From NCBI RefSeq assembly GCF_009914755.1, contig NC_060926.1: a stretch of DNA of 64,000 bases, one strand, 5' to 3'. This document shows, in pieces, positions 38,656 through 48,939 of this stretch (position 1 is the first letter of the stretch; the number at the start of each line of letters is the position of its first letter). The position numbers were made by a program, and so were the translations under genes. Source of the DNA: the human T2T-CHM13v2.0 reference genome, Homo sapiens. The notes under the pieces were generated by a model, which was not told where the DNA came from, ran no database searches, and saw only the letters and a list, made by a program, of their open reading frames with translations.

Positions 38656-41600
38656 TTCAGAAGAAAACTACAATCTACTTATAGATAGGCTCAAGTTGAT
38701 AAATGAACTCCATGAGTAGGACCCTGTTTTCCTTGATGATCGGTGTAGACATTCTTAGAATATGGTCTCAAATTTGATAATGCCCTTGACCTTGCTTTAA
38801 AGTTCTTTCCAAAATAGATTCTATCTTGTGTGAAATCCTGAAGGTGATAGAATGGACCATGACTTTCAATAGTGATTCACGGAGCAACCCAAGTTTAGCA
38901 TAATAACTGCTGGACAGATCTATGGCTAACTCAAGAATATCCCTGAAAGCCTGAAATCTGGGTAGTGCAAGGGTTCTAAGAACAGATTTGGTGACGAGCC
39001 TGTGACCAAAGTGTACTGTCAGCCAATTTGTACATGCATGATCCATGATAAAATTGCTTCTCCTCTCCTTAACTCATTTACTCATCTCTAAAACAAGTAA
39101 AATGATACTGGTCTCTTAGAGATTGTTGGTGAGATTACATATTCTTGGCCCTTAGTAAACATCAACAAATGATAGTCATTATTACATTTTGGCTTGAATG
39201 GCTGTTGCTGCATCTTCGCTGAGGGGTTCCACATTCCACGATTAGGTTTTCAGAGCTTTGCTAAAAGCCTTGTAGTGACTTGTAGTGACGAGTTGGAGCA
39301 TCACCCAATCCTACACTTCAGTTATGAGAAGGAAGAGGACTTACCTTGAAGAACCACTTCAAGAAAGAAGAAACACTCTGATTCTTTAGAATATGAACAT
39401 TTTGAGTCAAACTAGAGATGCATATTTCAGAAAAAAAAATTATTGCGGTCAGGGCAATGTTGTCCATACTAGAATATTTCATACTTTAGTGAAACGGAAT
39501 GAAGGAGATATATATATATATATCCCCTTCTCCACCAATGTTAGTCTAATTAGCTGTGCCTATTACTGAATAAGGTCTTTTTTTTTTTTTGGTAAGAAAC
39601 CTCAAATTATTAAAACTAGATTATGTATAAATAATTGACTAGAAACAGATTATTTTACTCTCTAAAAATGCATAAACCAGAGTATATGGTAATTTCACAT
39701 TCACTGAACCCCTTTCCCTCTTCTTCTTTTCCCTGGGGCCTCACAGGTAGGTATCCCTAGAGGTATGAGGTACCTCCCTATTCATCTTGTGATAATAATA
39801 TACAACAAAGATTAATTAAGAAGGTCCCTTTCTAGTATTAAAATGAATCTTTCAAGGAGGTCCATTTGAAATGGCTCAGATGTTATGTGCCATGTCATAG
39901 CTTTTCACTTAACAGGTCTGAAGGTAATCATGTCTGAGAAAAGATGAAAGGAATCCAACATGTGGGGCCTGAAAAATAATGACAAGTCTAGAGAACAGGC
40001 CAGATAAAAGGAGGGTAAAGGGCATTGTCAGAGTGCCACACAGCGGCTTTGGTTCAATCGGCACACACTGGAAAAATGATGAAAAAACGCACAAAGAGCA
40101 CACTGTGCCTTCATTCCCCACGTGTCTTGATAAACAGTGGGCAGAGAGATGAAGGCCCTGTTCCCCGGATAACTTGCTGTGCAGGAGGAGCACCTCTCCC
40201 TCCCTGGCTCACTTTCCTTTCTCTCTCCTCAGCTCTCCGCATTTGTTTTTCACATTCTCCAAAGTATTATACTTTCTTCCTTTTTCATACACCTTTGATA
40301 TTTCTATTTCATCTCGGCCCTGATACATCCAGGTTTTTAGCTAAAAGTTTCTGTGTGCATGTGTGTGTTTTATTTCATCAAGCAGAATTTAGTCTATGGT
40401 TTGTGTATTTCAGAAGCTCTGTGTTTCAGCTTCTCTTCCCCTGGTACACTGAGCTCCTGCCCCAGGCTCAGGCCGCCTGTGCATGACAGGTATGAGGCCA
40501 GCATTCTGTGATTCACCTGGAAAACACAAGTCCCCACTTCTTCCTCATTTCTGTGCCTCTCTGGAGGGAACCCTGGCAGCCCTTGCCTCAGTTTCTGGGA
40601 CAATCCAGGCAGCTCTCCATCACTGGAGAACACCAGATGGAATGGATGGAGGCAATTTTTCAGAAAGTACTTTAAGAGCGGCTTCCTCAGTGGTCTTTCC
40701 AGCTGGAAGCAGAGCGTCCAGAAAGCACCGCATTCTCAGCGCTGTTTCATCGCCTCAAGAGCTACAGATGGCTTCCCCAAGCACCTGAAGTCGATGCTGC
40801 TTGCCTGGATGGAATAAGCTGCAAGCTGCAGAAACTCTTGTCTTTTCACAGTGGAACTCAGACTCCAGTTTCTTTCTGCCTTGAGAGTGAAAGAAAGGAG
40901 AAGACACAGAGTAGGAAAGAGCCAGAAGGTGGAGAAATTAATGTTTAATGCTTGATACTCCCGGGGCCTGGCCAGCTGCTCAAAAAAAGGTACATAAGGG
41001 GATATTTATAATATTGCTTCCTGTGGCCACACGTAAGCAAGACTTTGAAAATGGCCCAAGTCTCTTTCTCCGGAAAGATGTGGGTTTACTAGTTGAGTTT
41101 GAATTGATTGCATGATTCTTGCATGTTACTAAGTATAGCAGTTTTTCTTATTTTCCTTCTTTCTTTTTTTTTTCTTTTCTTACTTTTTGACTTGACAAAC
41201 AGTGGGTCGAGGGTCAAGGCCCTGTTCTCCCTGGAGAACTTGCTGTGCGGGAGGATCCCCTCTCCGTCCCTCCCGGGCTCACTTTCACTTCCCTCTCCTC
41301 AGCTTCTGTCCATTTGATCCTCACATTTCACTGTTTAGTTCTGCTAATATCAGCCAGTGGTCCACTTGGCTGGGATCAAGGTACTGTCATAAGAAGCCAC
41401 TGGCATTAGATAGTTTCTGCCATGTTAATGATTCTTCCATTTGCTTTCTATTTTTGCTGACTGTTGGGAGCTGTGACTGCGGGTAACTGGCTGATCTGGC
41501 ATGGAAAAGGTTTTACAAGAACAAGTTAACCTGTGACAGATGTCAGAAAGGCAGGCAGAACTGATCTTTGGTTTTGCTGAGCTACCTTTTGGAGGCCACC

Positions 41601-42579
41601 AGTGGTTACTTGGTGTTGGGTCCAGGACTGTGCCGCTGTCAGTTGAGACCTCACAGCTGCTGCCTGTTGTCATGACAATTATTTAGAGAAACTTTTTTTG
41701 ATTGATATGATTCACATATTTTTCTTATTACTCCATCCAAAATCAAGTTTCAAGTCTTGTGATCTTTCTTTCCACATTGTGCCCTGCTTCCTAAGCCTGC
41801 TAAGAGCAGACAGGCACCAGGAAAGAATCTATCTAGCCAGATAGAAACCATTTCAGGCAAGGCTTGTCCTCTACCCTCATCACTTCTCAACCATTGGGGC
41901 TGAGGAGTGAAAGGAAAGAGTAGTGCTGATAACCATAAGCTCCCAACTCCCTAGAAGCTTGTGGGCTAGTGGTTACATTGGAGCAAGCTAGCTGGGATGC
42001 ATATGCCCTGTTTTCTTCAAGATGGGGTACCATCAGAGGAGGCCGACTGCTGGTTCCTGCCGCAACCCACACGGTGCCAGGGAATTCTGTTTATGATGCC
42101 ACGTGTCACTCCAACTGGTGGCCAGTCTAAAGAAAAGTACAGGGCAAGCCTGATAACAGGCGGAGGGCTCTCTGTCTTGACATAGCGAGAGCCATTGTGC
42201 AATCACATATCTTTATATTAAAGGGCTTGGAAATTGTCAGAGTACTTTTGTATTTGGCAATTCATTTCAGTCCTGAATAAAACCTCAGATATGACAAAGG
42301 AAACCTATCCCAGAACCTATCGGTTTTCTGTCTAAAGCCTGGAAGTTGAGCTGCAGCCCCCGTACTTATCTAGCAACTCACAACTGGGGCTGAAATCTTT
42401 CTGTATTGTGTGAATTCATTCCCGGGGTTTTGGAATGTGCAAAGCAGAGCACTGTCTACTTTTGACTCCAGGAAATCAGTGACAGACATATGCATATTTA
42501 ACAAAATAAACTGTGATAAGGAGTGAAAAAACATGATTTGATTTCTGCCATGTACTTTTTTTTTGTTAAACATTTTACC

Positions 42580-43671
42580 TTTTATTTTTTCTTTCTATTT
42601 TAACTTTGATTTAAGTTCAGGGTTAATGTGCAGTTTTGTTACATAGGTAAACTCGTATCACAGGGGTTTGTTATACAGGTTATTTTGTGACCCAGCTGCT
42701 AAGCCTAGTACTCATTAGTTATTTTTCCTGATCTACTCCCTCCTCTCACTTTCTACCCTGAGGCAGGCTCCAGTGTCTGTTGTTTCCCTCTATGTGATCA
42801 TGTGTTCTCACCTTTTGGCTCCCACTTACAGGTGAGAACATGCGGTATTTGGTTTTCTGTTCCTGTGTTAGTTTGCTAAGGGTAATGGCTTCCAGCTTCA
42901 TCCATGTTCCTGAAAAGGACATACTCTCAGTTTTTATTATTATTATTATTATTATTGCCGCATAGTATTCCATGGTGTATGTGTACATTTCCTTTATCCA
43001 CTCTACCATTGATGAGTATTTGGGTTGATTCCATGTCTTTGTGGTTGTGAATAGTGCTGCAATGAACATACACATGCATGTGTATTTATGATAGGATGAC
43101 TTATATTGCTTTGGGTATATACCCAGAAATGGGATTTCTGGGATGAATCCCACACTGTGGATCACCACTCTGTTCTCTACAATAGTTGAACTAATTTACA
43201 CTCCCTCCAACAGTGTTTAAGCATTCCTTTTTCTCTGCAATCTCACCAACATCTGTTATTTTTTGACGTTTTAATAATAGCTATTCTGACTGGTGTGAGA
43301 TGGTATCTCATTGTGGTTTTGATTTGCATCCCTCTAATGATCAGTGATGTTGAGCTTTCTTTATATGCTTGTTTGCCGCATGTATGTCTTCTTTTGAAAA
43401 GTGTCTGTTCATGTCCTTTGTACACTTTTTAGTTTTTTTTGTAAATTTAAGTTCTTTATAGATAGCTGGTTATAGATGCATAGTTTGCAAAAATCTCCCA
43501 TTCTGTGGGTTGTCTGTTTACTCTGTTGATAGTTTCTTTTGCTGTGCAGAAGCTCTTTAGTTTCATTAGATCCCATTTGTCAAATTTTGTTTCTATCGTG
43601 ATTGCTTTGGCGTTTTCACTGTGAAATCTTTGCTCATTGCTACCTCCAGAATGGTATTGCCCAGGTTGTCC
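42580..43671 (-). mobile_element. L1PA (PA11-13-like) 3' fragment
   Basis: ORFs 42746..43168, 43243..43425 and 43456..43677 are ORF2p C-terminal remnants; internal (TAT)n at about 42935-42957. Confidence 0.9.
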
Positions 43672-43728
43672 GAGCACTTTGGGGGGCTGAGGTCGGCAGA
43701 TCGCTTGAGCCCAGCAGTTTGAGACCTG
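43672..43728 (+). mobile_element. Short Alu left-arm fragment fused to the L1 5' end
   Basis: AGCACTTTGGGGGGCTGAGGTCGGCAGATCGCTTGAGCCCAGCAGTTTGAGACC. Confidence 0.8.
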
Positions 43729-44254
43729 CTATGTAACTGATGGTGAATTCTGTACTTAAATATTGTTTTATTTTAGGTTTACAATAGCAGTTTTATCTTT
43801 TCATTAATGTGACAAAACTGACACACAGAGACAAGTAATTTATTAAGGCCACCAAGTTAGCAAATGATAATTCCAGAACTTAAGTATGGGTCTAACGGTC
43901 TACAAATTATATATTTTCTTTATATACGCAGTTTTCCCCAAATAATATCTAAGACTTACACAATGCTTTTTCCCTTATAAAACATGTTCATACCCTCAAT
44001 AGCATTTGGCTCTTAGCACCTCTGTTTGACCTAGGCAACATTATAGATGAAAGACTTAATGGTCAAATCATTAACTGATTTTCCCAGATCACAGGGCCAG
44101 CAACTGGTAGAATTAGAACTCAACCCAGTTTTTCTTTTTCAAATTCCTTTTACTATGTTGCACTGCCTTCCTGGTAAATAATACCAACAACCATCCTTTC
44201 TGGAGCAATTAACCTGTCCTAGTCAGTATTTGAAGTCTTTTACTTGGCTTCTTC

Positions 44255-44430
44255 CACTTAACCTTCATCACAGAACTAAGTGAGGCAAACACCATTATTA
44301 TTCTAATTTTGTAGACGAGAAATTTAGAGTCTTGTCCAAGGTTATACAGCTAGTAAGTGGTAAGACTGGGATTTCATCCCAGATACTCTTTGACTTCAGG
44401 ATCCAAATCTTCAGCATAATACTACACTGT
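44255..44430 (-). mobile_element. MIR SINE (further MIR pieces at about 43800-43905 and 44040-44165)
   Basis: TTGTCCAAGGTTATACAGCTAGTAAGTGGTAAGACTGGGATTTCATCCCAG. Confidence 0.78.
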
Positions 44431-45418
44431 CTCTCAACTTGCCAACCCCTGCATGCCTCCTCCAATGTGCTATAAAATGTATTAGGGGTGCAGAGTTTTA
44501 TGGGAGGATAGAAGAAGGAAATGTTGATTCCAGCTAAAGAGATCTCTAGAAGCTTTGTGAAAGAAGTGACATTTGAGCTAGGCCTTAACAGACTAAGTAT
44601 CTAAGGAACGGATAGGCTTACTGGCTTGTTTAAAATTTCATAAGTTCTTTAAATACAGGTTTTCTTATGCTTAGATTCAGACACTTTTCAAGAATGTATA
44701 GCATAGACCCATCTAATTGTTCCTTTTCTTTCCATGCACCTTATTTCCCTTTCCCTGAACTACAAACAAATGCACAAAATTTGGGAGGGCAAGAACCTCA
44801 AATTCTCCAAAGATTATATAAAAAACAATATCAGTATCATTCCATGGAGTCAAATGGAAGTGGCACAAATTGAAAGTATATGCACATGCCCAAACTAACT
44901 CAAATCCTCTTGGTAATAAATATAGCTTACATTTGCTATATGGGTATGTGAAATATAAAATAAGCCAGTGTATGAAAGTGAATGTGAAACATGCCCTAGC
45001 AAGGGTTTCATTCATGAACTGATATAAAGCAGAAATAAATCTTGACTGGATAGTCAAACTTTTAAAAGCTGTATTTCCATACAGTTTTCAAACACATGTA
45101 AAACTTTTTCATGTAAAATAAATATAAGTCCTGAGTAGTTTTAATTAGCGATCTTGGAGACATGCTGCACCTGTTCCAATTCATCTGCAGAGATGAAAAT
45201 CCTTCACCCTTTTCATTTGCTGACAAGTTAATAGACATTTCCAACTCATGCCAGCACATAGAGTTTTGCAGCTTTCTTGTGACAGGTGAATAATAAAGCT
45301 GCACAAGAATGTGGCAACTGTACATGGAAAACCCTCAGCGAGTGTAAATTCCTGACCAGTGAAGATATGTCCTCCCATCGTTCTGCAGGCCTGTGCATGC
45401 GTAGCGGATGCATCATGG

Positions 45419-45635
45419 TTTTTTTTTTATTAACACATTTATTGAGGTACAATTTACATAGCATAAAATCCACCCATTTAATGTGCACCATTCAATAATT
45501 TTTAGTACATTTACAGAGTGGTGCAACCATCATTACAATCTAACTCAGAACATTTTTGTCATCCCCCAAAATAACCTTGGCCAATTTACAGTGACTCCCT
45601 ATTTGCAGAACCCCTCAGCTCTGGGCAAGCACCAG
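45419..45635 (-). mobile_element. L1MB 3' terminus
   Basis: TTTATTGAGGTACAATTTACATAGCATAAAATCCACCCATTTAA. Confidence 0.82.
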
Positions 45636-45974
45636 AAGGCTTCATTTTTACTACATTTGAGTAGAGATGATATTGACTCTTCCATACACTCACTCCTTTG
45701 TGTACTGAGTCAATGAGGAATTAAATGGCACAGTTATGCATTGGAGAACATAATATAGTATGGGTATTATATGGCTACATCTGTGTGTATGTGTATGAGC
45801 ATTTGTGTGCATGCATCGAGGCACATAGGTTGAAAGAAAATGCAAGAAATCATCCATGCAGAGAAGCAGAGGTTGGAAGTCAGCTTACCCTTTGATAGCA
45901 AAGCTGTTAGCAGGGATATTCAAGACGGGTACCACCAGATGCATTTCACTGAGAAAAGAACAAAAATACAATTA

Positions 45975-46555
45975 CAGTGGATTCTCATTATTTGGGAATT
46001 CTCTATTTGCAATTTGCCTACTCATTAACATTTATTTATAACTCCAGAATCAATACTTGCAGATTGCAGTCATTCACAGACATGCTCAAAGCAGTGAAAA
46101 ATTTAATTTTCACTCACCCACTATGTTCCCAGCTGAGGTGAATCAAGACAACACTCTGCCTTCTTGTTTCAGCCTTGACAGAGAGATGACCTGGGGAGGG
46201 GGAAGGTTGGGGGCAGTGCAATGCAGTGCAAGAAGCTCCAGCTCAGAGCCAGTTAAAGGGGATTTGAATCCAATTCTGGCACCTGTTAGTGGTACAGCTT
46301 CAGGAAAGTCACTTCAACATCCTGAACTTTGTTTCTCTTTTGTAAGATACAGAAAATAGAATCTCCCAGGATGTATTATGTTTGGAGTTAAATCTGGGAG
46401 GATATTATATAAATATATAAAATATATAAAACTATAAATGTATAATATAAAAATATTTTAAAAACTCCCAGAAGCACTGTTTCAGTATTCACTGGTTCAT
46501 TTTTTCATGGGGCACTGCATAGAAAATAGCTACCATGAATGATGAGAATTAAGTG
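45975..46555. mobile_element. TcMar-Tigger-family non-autonomous DNA transposon
   Basis: TA then CAGTGGATTCTCATTATTT; matching right end GAATGATGAGAATTAAGTG. Confidence 0.75.
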
Positions 46556-46829
46556 TCTATTCTTGAGATCGTTGACTGTGAGAGGAGGGGAGGGGAAGCT
46601 TTCCTCATAGAACAGCTGAAGTTTCCATGGATATTTTATCCCTCAAAATGGCTACAACTCTCTTCAAATTTCTTTCTTTATTAATAATCCATTATTGTAT
46701 GTAGAAGTCATTTCTAAAGTTCAAAAGTAAGATAGAGATAGAGAAGAAATCTTTGGAACCATACCAATTAAGAACTTGTTTTGCTGCAAGTATTACAAAT
46801 CTGAGTGATAGGGCTTGAACACAGGTATT

Positions 46830-47280
46830 TGTTATTCTCACATACTTAGAGGTTTGAGTTGTGAGGTTTTAGTATTTGCTTGGGTGCTGGGGGTAGAAAC
46901 CAAGGCTCCTACTATTTTCTCCTCTGTCATCCTCAGTGGATGGTTTGCACCATCGTGTATTTGTCTCATATACAGGAGACAGCTGCACCAGTGCCTGACT
47001 GTGAGAAGGGAGGAGAGGGAGTAAGGGTAAGGCATTATATCTCTAAAGTCTATCCTGTCCTCTCAGAATCAAGGAAGAAACATTTTTCTCAGAAATGAGA
47101 AATTAGTCATTCCAGTGACTTCTCCATAGATCTCAGACAAAAATATATGATATGGCCATTGAAGACTGATTCAGATTAATTATAATCCATAGGCTGGGCT
47201 GGGCATGTTGCTATCCCAGAAAAAAAACAAGGTTTCATTAGCCATGAAGAAGAGGGAGTGGGCACTGGCTACTCAGGAGA
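46830..47280 (-). mobile_element. MLT1 (J/K/L-like) LTR remnant
   Basis: CCAAGGCTCCTACTATTTTCTCCTCTGTCATCCTCAG...; boundaries approximate. Confidence 0.5.
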
Positions 47281-48354
47281 CTAAATGGGATTTAACACAA
47301 TTTCTGGGCATAGACAGACTAGTACCCTATGGACTTTCTGATGTGGTTTCCTATTAGTAGCTCAGGTGCAGAGATATGCCCCAGCGTTAACCCCATACCA
47401 GAGAATAAAAAGCTAGTATTCCAGGATTGGGATCTTACTGATCCTTCATCCCACTAGAGCTCAGGGAGCTTTCTTTATGCAATTCTGTGAAAGATTTTGT
47501 TCTCTGGAAAAATGTAAGTCTATTGCATGGATACAAAGTTGAAGAATTATTTTTACAAGTTGAATATCTTGTTAAAAATAAGAAAAGAGACATTTTTAAA
47601 TAAAAATGTCACTCAGTCAGAGGATGAGAAGTTGAAAATCTTTATTCAGTTTCCCATGTATATTTATAACTTTTGAGCCAAAGTAGGATATAAGGGCTGT
47701 CCTGTGACAATGTGTTAGCCTTAGACACCAGAATTCTTCAACTGGATTCACAAAAAGCACTTGTACATGGTTTTAGGTCCCTTTTAAAAACCATTCATTA
47801 TTTTATTAAAATACGGCATGCTTAATTTAATAAAAATTTAATTTAATGCAATACATACATGAAAAACAGGTACTATTTTCATGGAGTAATAATATATTTA
47901 TTAGTATTCAAGAAGATTGTCAAGAAATTTACAATATTTTTATTAAAATTTTAAATATATGTTATCAGTGACTGATAGAACCTCTTCCATGTTCCCATAA
48001 AAGTACCAACAAAATTACATAATTTATGAAAACCTTATAAACCCCTAGAATTTAGGAGCAAATGAGAACTCAGGTCAAAATATTAGAAGGATATTCACTA
48101 ATAATAGGACTATGTTAGGCTTGAAAAAAAATCATGCTTTGTGTATGGGCTGCTGCCCGAACAAAAACATGCATTTATTGAGGAAAAAGTTAGTGAAAGC
48201 CTTTGATTCATTGCGTGGTTTAGCCCCTTGCTGGAGGACAGAGAAGGCCATTTAAGTAGAAAGCTAAGTAGCCACAACTCCTCATCCTTACCTGACTTGC
48301 ATCTGATGGTGACTATTTCCTGGGCTAAGGAAATCATTGTGCGGAGTAATATGG

Positions 48355-48590
48355 TGGCCAGTGGCCTGGTATCTGGAGGTCAGAGGAACCTGAGTTAAAT
48401 ACTAGCTCCACCATTTATAATATCAGCTAAATCCCTTAACTTAATCTTTCTTAGTATACGTCTTCTATCTGTAAAATGGACAAAATAACAGAGCTCATGT
48501 CAAAGAGTTGTGATGTTTAAATGAGGCAGTACATGTGGCAGAGTTAGCCGAAGCATTCCACAGCTCTGCTTACTTATCAGCTATCAAATA
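48355..48590 (+). mobile_element. MIR SINE
   Basis: ACCTGAGTTAAATACTAGCTCCACCATTTA...ATCTGTAAAATGGAC...TTAAATGAG. Confidence 0.8.
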
Positions 48591-48939
48591 TTACTATAAA
48601 GTTTTGTGCTACCATCTCACACATGCATAGGGAGAGAGGAAAGATGAAAGACAAGAAAAGAGACAGGGAAAGGCAGAAGGAGAGGAAGGGAGAGAAGAAA
48701 GGGAAAGAGAGGAGGTAGAGAGGATCTGCTCTGCCATTAAACCGAAGGGATGGGAAAGTAGCCTGTGATCTGAAAAGCGGGGCACTGTACTGCTGGGCAT
48801 GTTCTTATCCTCTTCTCCTTAACAGCAATGCAAAGCGAGAGCTGTTCTTAGAAAAGCTGGAAGTATTGAATGCTGCGGTTGCTCTCTTTTGTATAGTATA
48901 AATGAATTACAGATTGAACGTGTCTCCTTACCCGTTTCC

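Noticed and set aside
40025-40788. 153-aa and 101-aa ORFs in the unique island
   Set aside because: No recognisable homology, and several overlapping frames on both strands, as expected from higher GC alone
48625-48722. GA-rich polypurine tract
   Set aside because: Ordinary low-complexity sequence with no clear periodicity or mirror symmetry
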